The notes under the pieces: model-generated
Database searches by the model: none
The model's input: only the letters and a program-made list of their open reading frames with translations
What the model was told of the DNA's origin: nothing
Virus record (IMG/VR): IMGVR_UViG_2541047776_000006
Strand: one strand, 5' to 3'
DNA length: 18,553 nucleotides
Origin: a virus
Taxonomy: Duplodnaviria; Heunggongvirae; Uroviricota; Caudoviricetes
Position numbers and translations under genes: made by a program
Part shown: piece by piece, positions 8,210 to 15,382 of the stretch
How the letters are laid out: each line of letters begins with the position of its first letter
Position numbering within the stretch: the stretch's first letter is position 1

Positions 8210-8505
8210 TTCTGCTCTCTCCACGCGGCAATCATGTTTTTCAGTTCCTGTAGTTTTTTATCCACATTCACACGTGACACATGGTTATTTCTGGAAAGCG
8301 GGATTTCCCGCCTGAATCTGCTAATAAAGATCTCCACGTTCAGCGAACTATGAAATGAATAGCCATCACGAATAAAATACACACGGTCAAACATCAGTTC
8401 TTTTACCGTTACTCTGTTACCGTTCTTATCCAGATAAATAGCGCCGGGGATAATTTTGGGGTGTGCATAACCGCTGGCAGTCAAGCCAGATAAATATGTT
8501 CTCAT
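8206..8505 (-). CDS. Hypothetical protein (99 aa)
   Basis: ORF tightly packed in the minus-strand operon, with ATGA coupling to the primase start. No recognisable motif. Confidence 0.5.
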   Translation of the reverse strand: MRTYLSGLTASGYAHPKIIPGAIYLDKNGNRVTVKELMFDRVYFIRDGYSFHSSLNVEIFISRFRREIPLSRNNHVSRVNVDKKLQELKNMIAAWREQK

Positions 8506-8511
8506 GATTAT

Positions 8512-8832
8512 TTATCCCCGATTTGAATCAGTATTCGCTTTCTTTATGGCATTTAATGCATCTGTGGCATTTTCAATGGTGCACCGTAACGAAATATCAA
8601 ACTGCCCAAGCATTGCCAGTAACAAGCCAATATTCCCCATGTCAATGCGCATAGCCTTTTCGTCATAGTCCTCATTTTCTGACGCATGCCACATCAGGCT
8701 ACCAATTGACGCAACAGCCATTGATATATTGTCAGTAGCCCCATCCGCAGCGGAATAAACCTTTTTAGCAATATCATGCTCACAGTTAAAATGCGGATTA
8801 ATCAGGTACTGGTAATTTGACATATCAGGCAT
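8512..8832 (-). CDS. Hypothetical protein (106 aa)
   Basis: ORF in the same operon, 6 nt upstream of the 99-aa ORF. No recognisable motif. Confidence 0.5.
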   Translation of the reverse strand: MPDMSNYQYLINPHFNCEHDIAKKVYSAADGATDNISMAVASIGSLMWHASENEDYDEKAMRIDMGNIGLLLAMLGQFDISLRCTIENATDALNAIKKANTDSNRG

Positions 8833-9028
8833 GGCACACCCCCTGACGAATACGGGCAGCGAATACCATCACGCAGCCAGCCGGGGATTGCTGGCGTGCT
8901 TCCTGTTCGCTGGTGGCCACGATGTGAATCACGCGCGGTTGTGCCGTGCTCAGGGCGATAAAACGCCAGATGTATTTATTCAGGTTGTGTGAGTCCCGCC
9001 CTTGCGGGTGTATGGTATGATTTAACAT
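8825..9028 (-). CDS. Small protein (67 aa), possibly Icd-like
   Basis: This is the C-terminal part of the 304-aa track ORF, starting at ATG 9028..9026 with GAGGT 5 nt upstream (MLNHTIHPQGRDSHNLNKYIW...). Its stop overlaps the next gene start. The Icd-like resemblance is from memory of P4-family annotations. Confidence 0.35.
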   Translation of the reverse strand: MLNHTIHPQGRDSHNLNKYIWRFIALSTAQPRVIHIVATSEQEARQQSPAGCVMVFAARIRQGVCHA

Positions 9029-9110
9029 AGCTACCTCGATACTATCGTTATCGTTGGTGGTTAGACGCCCTGCATGTGTTGCGAGCACTGCGGGGCGTTG
9101 CTCCTCTAGG

Positions 9111-9152
9111 TGTATTTCACCTTTGCTTTTTAATTTACTCACTGGTGAAATA
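9111..9152. promoter_or_regulatory. Candidate operator: perfect 12-bp inverted repeat GTGTATTTCACC-N18-GGTGAAATACAC in a divergent promoter region
   Basis: Read directly in the intergenic region between the minus-strand operon start (9028) and the plus-strand RHH-like gene (9222). A TATACT -10-like hexamer lies at 9186-9191. Confidence 0.45.
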
Positions 9153-9221
9153 CACTTCAAGCCTTTTTTTATCATTTTTTTTGCGTATACTGACATACAC
9201 CAATTTTTAGGAGATCCAGAA

Positions 9222-9401
9222 ATGGCAACTGGTGCAAAGAACGCAAAATCACAAATGACAACTGTCAGAATCCCACATGAAGTAATGGATGATATTGAGC
9301 AACTTAAAGAACCTGGCGAAAGTACCGCTGGTTTTTTAGTTACTGCCGCAAAAGGCGAGATCAAACGCCGCCAGCGGCGCAAGGCCAAAGAGCAGGAGTA
9401 A
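9222..9401 (+). CDS. Small DNA-binding protein, ribbon-helix-helix-like (candidate island repressor)
   Basis: ATG at 9222 preceded by AGGAG. 59 aa: MATGAKNAKSQMTTVRIPHEVMDDIEQLKEPGESTAGFLVTAAKGEIKRRQRRKAKEQE. The MTTVRIP beta-strand-like N-terminus and basic tail fit RHH proteins. The track shows it as the 3' part of the 9054..9401 ORF. Confidence 0.5.
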   Translation: MATGAKNAKSQMTTVRIPHEVMDDIEQLKEPGESTAGFLVTAAKGEIKRRQRRKAKEQE

Positions 9402-9457
9402 CCATCACCAGCGCCGTGGTGCGGTGAACTGTGGCGCACAGGGTTACAGGTATCTAC

Positions 9458-9637
9458 GATGACTGACAAATCATTAAAGAAATTATCCTCATCCAGGAAA
9501 AAACAACGCAAAAATGCGGTAAACGAACATGAACCGGAGAGATTCGCACCATGTGCGTTTGTCCTTGAGAAGTACCTTAAGGAGTATTCTAGGAAAATAC
9601 GCTCATTGCAGGCATGGCAACGAATCGAGCCAGACTG
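9458..9637 (+). CDS. Small hypothetical basic protein (59 aa)
   Basis: Found by hand; it is under the track's length cutoff. MTDKSLKKLSSSRKKQRKNAVNEHEPERF... Weak RBS, but it sits between the RHH gene and a plus-strand terminator. Confidence 0.25.
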
Positions 9638-9702
9638 ATAGCATTGCCCACTAGCCGACAACCTGGTATTCTGGATATGCTCAAGTTTAGTGTTATGCCA
9701 CT

Positions 9703-9730
9703 GGCGACCGCCCCCGGTCGCCTTTGTTTT
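9703..9730 (+). terminator. Rho-independent terminator (plus strand)
   Basis: GGCGACCG-CCCC-CGGTCGCC, a perfect 8-bp stem, followed by TTTGTTTT. Confidence 0.55.
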
Positions 9731-9748
9731 ATGTGTCATAGCTCCCCC

Positions 9749-9973
9749 CTAGGCTGCCTTACCTGAATTAACGCGGTCACGGCTTTGCACCCAGTCTATA
9801 ACTTCGGAAAGCAACCAGCCTACAGAACGCCCCCCAAGATTACGGCGAGACGGAAAGCCCCCTTTCTTCTCCAGTTCGTAGCGTGTAGTACGGCTGACGC
9901 CTGTTAACTTACGACATTCATCCTCACGAATTACGCGATCTGTTAGTGATTGAAATTGTGTATTTTGATTCAT
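9749..9973 (-). CDS. alpA: AlpA-family transcriptional regulator / excisionase-like protein
   Basis: 74 aa with the characteristic AlpA HTH segment (LTGVSRTTRYELEKKGGFP...GGRSVGWLLSEVIDWV). Confidence 0.8.
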   Translation of the reverse strand: MNQNTQFQSLTDRVIREDECRKLTGVSRTTRYELEKKGGFPSRRNLGGRSVGWLLSEVIDWVQSRDRVNSGKAA

Positions 9974-10076
9974 AAAAACACCCTCGAACGTAACCGAACG
10001 AGGGCATCTTATTTACCATAGCAGTTGGTGCAATATTGGAAAAATAAACTTTATTCTAATTTATCGTTCTCCATGA

Positions 10077-10931
10077 TTAATTTTCATTAGATAACATTTT
10101 TCTTATTTTTTCTAAAGAATCGCTGCGCATTATTTTTTCTAAGAAGGGTTTTACAGTCTGAGCAATAGCAAAGGTGTCCTTTTCACCATCAGGGTACAAA
10201 GATACGGCAAGCACCCCTAATGAAATTTTTCTATCTGTAGACAACTCCCAAGATAATAAGTCAATTAATGGGATTATCTTATAATCAATAATTTTACGTC
10301 GTATGCTTTCCCAACTTCCTGCAATTGGTTTGTCTGGCTCAACAATTGAAAGTTCACTACGCCATTTTGGTAATAGTTTTGTAAACGCTTCAATCAACTC
10401 ATCATCTCTGTTATGTAGTAAGTCAACAGAAACAAGCATATTATCTAATGTATCAGAAAGGAGATTCACTGGTTCACGCATCACAGCCCAAAACATCCCA
10501 TTATCTTCTGATATTAAACTTCCAACCATCTCATTATCTATGATGATTGGTTTATCCTTCCAATATCCTCTTTCCGCAGTCAGTTTATTAATCATTGATA
10601 TATCAAACCTTGTTACAGGTTTAATTCCATCATCATAACTTAGCTCAATTAACTTCGGCTGCACTTTATGGTCATATTCTTTTTGTTTATCACAAAACCA
10701 ATCGTCTTCGTTCAGCTCTCCAAATGGATCCCCGTAATTATTATGCAACGGGTATTCAGCACCAAACATAAAACCATATTCAGGCATCTCAGAATGTTTC
10801 ATTGTTAAATCATCTTGTCGCCAATATAATTGGCGAAATAGATCTTTATCCGACAAGTTTTCTAGGCAATCATATTTGCCTAAATCAAATGACTTTGGTA
10901 AATCTTTTTTACTATTTACTTTTTTCGTCAT
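10077..10931 (-). CDS. Hypothetical acidic protein (284 aa), cargo gene translationally coupled to the integrase
   Basis: Its start overlaps the int stop (ATGA at 10928-10931). Visibly AT-rich, with no motif I recognise. Occupies the int-alpA slot. Confidence 0.7.
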   Translation of the reverse strand: MTKKVNSKKDLPKSFDLGKYDCLENLSDKDLFRQLYWRQDDLTMKHSEMPEYGFMFGAEYPLHNNYGDPFGELNEDDWFCDKQKEYDHKVQPKLIELSYDDGIKPVTRFDISMINKLTAERGYWKDKPIIIDNEMVGSLISEDNGMFWAVMREPVNLLSDTLDNMLVSVDLLHNRDDELIEAFTKLLPKWRSELSIVEPDKPIAGSWESIRRKIIDYKIIPLIDLLSWELSTDRKISLGVLAVSLYPDGEKDTFAIAQTVKPFLEKIMRSDSLEKIRKMLSNEN

Positions 10932-12148
10932 TGTATCCCTCTCAATATCACAATATTTTCATTATATCCCGCAATCATATCAAGACGCTCAACCCATAGA
11001 TTCAGTGCGTCCCGTTTCGCCTGCAAATAGCGTGAATGGTTATAGGTTTTTTGCTGACCTGGCATCTGATGCGCTGTGATGTGCTCCACGATATGCGGAT
11101 CGACACCTAAATCATTCAGCATAGTTGTAAACGTGTGTCGGAAATCATGCAGCGTCCAGTGTTCCTGCTTAAGCCGCTTATGCGCATTTCGTCCATATTG
11201 CGCCACCGTGGTATCTTTTTTCAGTTCGCCGAGTAATAACCCAGTGTGTGCGTTTTGCTCCACCAGCTTCTGAATGAACGGCAAAATGCCATCAGGAATA
11301 GGTCGGAATATTGTTACCTTCGTTTTGCTGTGCTCTTTTGGCACTGTCCACAACATTTCTTTCAGATCCCATTCTTTGATCTCTGAAAGTCTGATCTCTG
11401 CCGTTCTGCACCCGAACACAATTAACAAGCGCATTAACGCACTGTAATAGGGAGCGAACACATCACCATCAATAGCGCGTAGAATTTCTTTTAGTTCGCT
11501 GTTGCTGTGCACTCTCTCGCGGATTTCTGCTCTCTTCCCCACATCAGTAACGATCAAATCGTCCAGGGCGTTGCTAAACGCGTAGCGCCGCCTGCGGCAA
11601 AACTTTAGCGCCTGTTTGCATGTCTGCATGACATGGCCCGCTGCTACTGGTGCTTTTTTTCGTACGCGGTCAAAACATACGATCCACTGCCTTGTATCAC
11701 ACTTATCAAGGGGAATTGCCCCTATATGGCAAATGATGTGCTTATCCATACGCTGCACCAGCTTTATGTAATCTTTGCGGTTATCCTTCGCGTATTCCTC
11801 CAGCCAGTAGTTAATCGCTTCCTTCACCGTAACGGGTTTTAGTGCTTCCTGTACTGTGGCGCACAACTCATACCGAGGGTTTTTACCCTCAGCCAGCCAT
11901 GCCCGGCACTGTGTTCGCTTTTCCCTTGCAGATTTCAGCGACAATTCCGGGTAAGCCCCCAGCTTTAACCGCTCTGCGGCAACCTCACGGCCTCCCGTTC
12001 GGTACCGGAAATACCAGGTTAATTTGCCTCCCTTTGAGTGTTTAATCTCCAGCCCACCCCCGTCGGAGTAAAAACGCTCTTTTTCTGCCTGGACAGCCAC
12101 CAATTTTTTTAACGTTGAATCGCTCAGTTTGTTTAGTGCTTTTCCCAC
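10928..12148 (-). CDS. int: Tyrosine-type site-specific integrase
   Basis: 406 aa with catalytic-domain signatures (GCRTAEIRL, HDFRHTF, C-terminal ...HSRYL). The start is GTG at 12148..12146 with AGAGGA 7 nt upstream. It sits 190 bp from the right att core. Confidence 0.9.
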   Translation of the reverse strand: MGKALNKLSDSTLKKLVAVQAEKERFYSDGGGLEIKHSKGGKLTWYFRYRTGGREVAAERLKLGAYPELSLKSAREKRTQCRAWLAEGKNPRYELCATVQEALKPVTVKEAINYWLEEYAKDNRKDYIKLVQRMDKHIICHIGAIPLDKCDTRQWIVCFDRVRKKAPVAAGHVMQTCKQALKFCRRRRYAFSNALDDLIVTDVGKRAEIRERVHSNSELKEILRAIDGDVFAPYYSALMRLLIVFGCRTAEIRLSEIKEWDLKEMLWTVPKEHSKTKVTIFRPIPDGILPFIQKLVEQNAHTGLLLGELKKDTTVAQYGRNAHKRLKQEHWTLHDFRHTFTTMLNDLGVDPHIVEHITAHQMPGQQKTYNHSRYLQAKRDALNLWVERLDMIAGYNENIVILRGIQ

Positions 12149-12174
12149 TATCAGATCCTCTTTTCAGTCCTCAG

Positions 12175-12250
12175 CCTCAAAAAACTGACCACACAACTGA
12201 CCACACATTTTGTTGAAACTCGGCAAACAACGACGAACAGCAGCAAACAA
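12175..12250. repeat. Sub-terminal imperfect direct repeat, right copy (partner of 2624-2697), immediately upstream of int
   Basis: CCTCAAAAAACTGACCACACAACTGACCACACATTTTGTTGAAA...ACAACGACGAACAG..., roughly four-fifths identical by eye to the left copy. Confidence 0.7.
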
Positions 12251-12335
12251 GAAAGCCAATTAAATTAATTTATATCAAATACATAAACAAACAATCACGA
12301 ACACTCCCGAACTACAAAAAACACTAAATGAGAAA

Positions 12336-12349
12336 ATACGGGTATTTCT
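12336..12349. repeat. Right copy of the 14-bp att core / target-site duplication
   Basis: Exact match to 2551-2564. Confidence 0.7.
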
Positions 12350-12381
12350 CAGCCTTCACAAAGAAGGGCACCCCGAGTCGT
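12336..12381 (-). ncRNA. TPP riboswitch of thiM, 5' portion (P1 5' strand, P2, P3 with thi-box CUGAGA), separated from its 3' portion
   Basis: Minus strand reads CGACUCGGGGUGCCCUUCUUUGUGAAGGCUGAGAAAUACCCGUAU, matching the 5' part of the thiM TPP aptamer with a couple of differences from my recalled K-12 sequence. The native thiM promoter presumably lies in 12382-12470. Confidence 0.7.
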
Positions 12382-12476
12382 TAGGTTGCGATAATAAATC
12401 GCAGAGGAGGATGGTAATGTCCAGCGCACGCGTTGTAAACGGGGAAAAACGGCAGTTTTACAATCGCGTTAATAAA

Positions 12477-12749
12477 TTATTTGATATAAGAATCCAGCAC
12501 CTTCAGAACGACATCCAGATCTTCTTCACGTTTTAGCTCATCCCCCTGGTGAACGATGTGTTCCGTCAGATGACCTTTAATCACTTCCCGCATCAGACCG
12601 TTTACCGCGCCACGGATAGCAGCAATCTGTTGTAAAACTGCAGCGCATTCATGCGGTTCGTCGAGCATTTTCTTGAGCGCCACGACCTGGCCCTGAATCT
12701 TACTGGCACGCGCTTTCAGTTTCTGTTTATCACGAATTGTATGAGACAT
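12477..12749 (-). CDS. rcnR: Ni/Co-responsive transcriptional repressor RcnR
   Basis: 90 aa ([22 protein letters not shown]...), CsoR/RcnR family, located divergently from rcnA. Confidence 0.9.
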
Positions 12750-12797
12750 GGCAACACCTGGTTAACAAGAATATGAAAAATCATAGCACTATTAATC

Positions 12798-12832
12798 TAC
12801 TGGGGGGTAGTATCAGATACTGGGGGGGAGTA
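12798..12832. promoter_or_regulatory. RcnR operator pair (TACT-G6/7-AGTA inverted repeats)
   Basis: TACTGGGGGGTAGTA at 12798-12812 and TACTGGGGGGGAGTA at 12818-12832, in the rcnR-rcnA intergenic region. This matches the known G-tract RcnR sites. Confidence 0.7.
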
Positions 12833-12869
12833 GAATCAGATTGCCGAATTAATACTAAGAATTATTATC

Positions 12870-13694
12870 ATGACCGAATTTACAACACTTCTTCAGCAAG
12901 GAAACGCCTGGTTCTTCATCCCCAGCGCCATCTTACTTGGTGCGCTTCATGGCCTGGAACCGGGGCACTCAAAAACGATGATGGCGGCGTTTATCATCGC
13001 CATCAAAGGCACCATTAAACAGGCGGTGATGCTCGGACTGGCAGCAACTATTTCGCATACCGCAGTGGTCTGGTTAATTGCCTTTGGCGGGATGGTGATC
13101 AGCAAACGCTTTACTGCTCAATCAGCAGAACCGTGGCTCCAGTTGATTTCCGCAGTGATCATTATTAGCACCGCGTTCTGGATGTTCTGGCGTACCTGGC
13201 GCGGCGAACGCAACTGGCTGGAGAATATGCACGAGCATGATCATGAGCATCATCACCACGATCACGAAGATCACCACGGCCATGGACATCATCACCATCA
13301 CGAACATGGCGAGTATCAGGATGCCCATGCACGAGCCCATGCCAATGACATTAAACGACGCTTTGATGGTAGAGAGGTCACCAACTGGCAAATTTTGCTA
13401 TTTGGCTTAACCGGTGGCCTTATCCCCTGCCCGGCAGCAATTACCGTGCTGTTGATTTGCATTCAGTTGAAAGCCCTGACACTGGGCGCAACACTGGTCG
13501 TCAGTTTCAGCATCGGCCTGGCGTTAACGCTTGTCACCGTAGGCGTTGGCGCAGCAATCAGCGTTCAGCAGGTCGCAAAACGCTGGAGCGGATTTAACAC
13601 TCTCGCTAAACGCGCTCCCTATTTTTCCAGTCTGTTGATTGGCTTAGTTGGTGTGTATATGGGCGTACATGGCTTCATGGGCATAATGCGATAA
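12870..13694 (+). CDS. rcnA: Nickel/cobalt efflux transporter RcnA
   Basis: 274-aa membrane protein with a His-rich loop (HEHDHEHHHHDHEDHHGHGHHHHHEH). Confidence 0.9.
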   Translation: MTEFTTLLQQGNAWFFIPSAILLGALHGLEPGHSKTMMAAFIIAIKGTIKQAVMLGLAATISHTAVVWLIAFGGMVISKRFTAQSAEPWLQLISAVIIISTAFWMFWRTWRGERNWLENMHEHDHEHHHHDHEDHHGHGHHHHHEHGEYQDAHARAHANDIKRRFDGREVTNWQILLFGLTGGLIPCPAAITVLLICIQLKALTLGATLVVSFSIGLALTLVTVGVGAAISVQQVAKRWSGFNTLAKRAPYFSSLLIGLVGVYMGVHGFMGIMR

Positions 13695-13912
13695 CTCAAT
13701 CCTTTAGGCTTGCATGTTATCTTCAGCCCAGGATGATTCTTAAATCAGCTATTTCCGCTGACTCTCTGCTCGCTAAGGATGCTTTTAGGGCATCCTTTCA
13801 TTTACACTTTTTACGAAATCATGGGATCACTAACAAAATATCGCTTGTCAGTTATATTGTATGGCAGGAAAGATATGCGACTGATATTACAGATCCCCAA
13901 AGTGGAGAGTTT

Positions 13913-14251
13913 ATGACCATTAAAAATAAGATGTTGCTGGGTGCGCTTTTGCTGGTTACCAGTGCCGCCTGGGCCGCACCAGCCACCGCGGGTTCGACCA
14001 ATACCTCGGGAATTTCTAAGTATGAGTTAAGCAGTTTCATTGCTGACTTTAAGCATTTCAAACCAGGTGACACCGTCCCAGAGATGTACCGCACCGATGA
14101 GTACAACATTAAGCAGTGGCAGTTACGTAACCTGCCCGCGCCTGATGCCGGGACGCACTGGACCTATATGGGTGGCGCGTACGTGTTGATCAGCGACACC
14201 GACGGTAAAATCATTAAAGCCTACGACGGTGAGATTTTTTATCATCGCTAA
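13913..14251 (+). CDS. rcnB: Periplasmic nickel/cobalt homeostasis protein RcnB (YohN)
   Basis: Start placed at the internal ATG 13913 (GGAGAG upstream; signal peptide MTIKNKMLLGALLLVTSAAWA), giving 112 aa. The longer 172-aa frame in the track is rejected. Confidence 0.85.
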   Translation: MTIKNKMLLGALLLVTSAAWAAPATAGSTNTSGISKYELSSFIADFKHFKPGDTVPEMYRTDEYNIKQWQLRNLPAPDAGTHWTYMGGAYVLISDTDGKIIKAYDGEIFYHR

Positions 14252-14252
14252 A

Positions 14253-14278
14253 AAAAAGCCCCCTCGGAGAGAGGGGGG
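14253..14278 (-). terminator. Intrinsic terminator between convergent rcnB and yehA
   Basis: Hairpin CCCCCTC-GGAGA-GAGGGGG. On the minus strand it is followed by an 8-nt U-tract; on the plus strand it is preceded by an A-tract. Confidence 0.5.
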
Positions 14279-14332
14279 AATGCAGACACCTTAATATTTT
14301 TATTATTAGCCACTTGCTCGTCTTGCTTGTTA

Positions 14333-15367
14333 TTAGTCGTATTTCACGTTGATTAATGCGGTTGCCTCCAGTGCGCCAGATTTAACTTTGTTTGTATCGT
14401 AGACGTAGTAACTGGCCGTTATCGGAATTGAAACCGTTGTATCTGTAAGTTTTGACTTTGCCGCAATTTCTTTTAAATTTGTATATCCTTTACTGCTGTT
14501 AGTGATATTTAAAAGTGTGACTGGCGTACCATTACTTTCAAGAATAAATCCTACGCCATTATCTTCCGCACCTTTCAGGATCGTGTTGCTGTTGGTTAAC
14601 AAGTCAGAACTTGATAAATACACCTGCATTTTCCGTGATGTTTGATTTTGTTGACCTAATAAATTTTTACAACGCAGAATAATATCCCCTTTTTTACTAT
14701 TTATTGTTGTTTTGTTACCTGTGGCTGGTAATTGTGAAACGGGAATACTCTCTAACGTAATTAATAAATCGTCCGGTTTGCAGGTTGTGGTTATCGGGTT
14801 GTATGACAATGTCAGATTAAAGGAATAGACACCTGCATTTTGTGCCAATGCATTTCTGTAGCTATTTACACATGCATCCCATGACTTGCCACCTAATAAA
14901 CACAGTAGAAATTGTACTGCGGCACTCCCGCGTGTCGATGATGAAGCACTGGATAATGTTGCAACACCATTAATCATCACTGAACCGCCGCCCCCCGCAG
15001 AAACATTCACTTTTGCATTACTGGCCGCAGGTGTCACCGTTACCGAATAACCACTGGTGAAACTGGTCTGATTATTTGACAACGTAATGTTGTTTTTATT
15101 GGTCCATTCAAAATGTAAATTTAATTTAATGGTATCGTTATAAAGTCCAACAATAATATCCGACGGGCTCATAGGTGTGATAGTATTTGTACTCACGCAT
15201 GACGAATCATTAAAATTATGCTCATATGTCGCCATTTGTGTTTGAGTAAGTGAAAAATCCCCCTGAACAACCAAATTGTGCTGAACAGATAACTCACTAT
15301 AACATGCCGCATAGCTCACAGGCATAACCATCATCATTACTATAAATAGCATTATGCGAATTTCCAT
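14333..15367 (-). CDS. yehA: Fimbrial subunit/adhesin-like protein YehA
   Basis: 344 aa with a signal peptide, last gene of the chaperone-usher cluster, next to rcnB as in E. coli K-12 (synteny recalled). Confidence 0.8.
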   Translation of the reverse strand: MEIRIMLFIVMMMVMPVSYAACYSELSVQHNLVVQGDFSLTQTQMATYEHNFNDSSCVSTNTITPMSPSDIIVGLYNDTIKLNLHFEWTNKNNITLSNNQTSFTSGYSVTVTPAASNAKVNVSAGGGGSVMINGVATLSSASSSTRGSAAVQFLLCLLGGKSWDACVNSYRNALAQNAGVYSFNLTLSYNPITTTCKPDDLLITLESIPVSQLPATGNKTTINSKKGDIILRCKNLLGQQNQTSRKMQVYLSSSDLLTNSNTILKGAEDNGVGFILESNGTPVTLLNITNSSKGYTNLKEIAAKSKLTDTTVSIPITASYYVYDTNKVKSGALEATALINVKYD

Positions 15368-15382
15368 AGAACCACCTGACTA

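Larger units (their letters stand above)
2551..12349. mobile_element. Integrative element (phage satellite / PICI- or P4-like island) inserted in the thiM leader
   Basis: Bounded by identical 14-bp direct repeats ATACGGGTATTTCT at 2551-2564 and 12336-12349. Contains a tyrosine integrase at one end, AlpA, a primase-helicase, an iteron cluster, a Nu1-like TerS and decayed head genes. Joining the outer flanks regenerates a contiguous thiM riboswitch. Confidence 0.8.

Noticed and set aside
8825-9739. 304-aa minus-strand ORF spanning the divergent control region
   Set aside because: Cys- and Ser-rich, non-protein-like composition. It runs through an intergenic promoter region, a terminator hairpin and the antisense of the RHH-like gene. 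Only its last 67 codons (8825-9028), which have their own RBS, are kept as a candidate gene.
13240-13320. CAT/CAC-rich low-complexity stretch as a simple-sequence repeat
   Set aside because: It encodes the His-rich metal-binding loop inside rcnA; it is coding sequence, not a noncoding microsatellite.
13733-14251. 172-aa extended frame for rcnB
   Set aside because: The N-terminal 60 codons lack an RBS and precede a clear signal peptide that starts at the internal ATG 13913, which has GGAGAG upstream.
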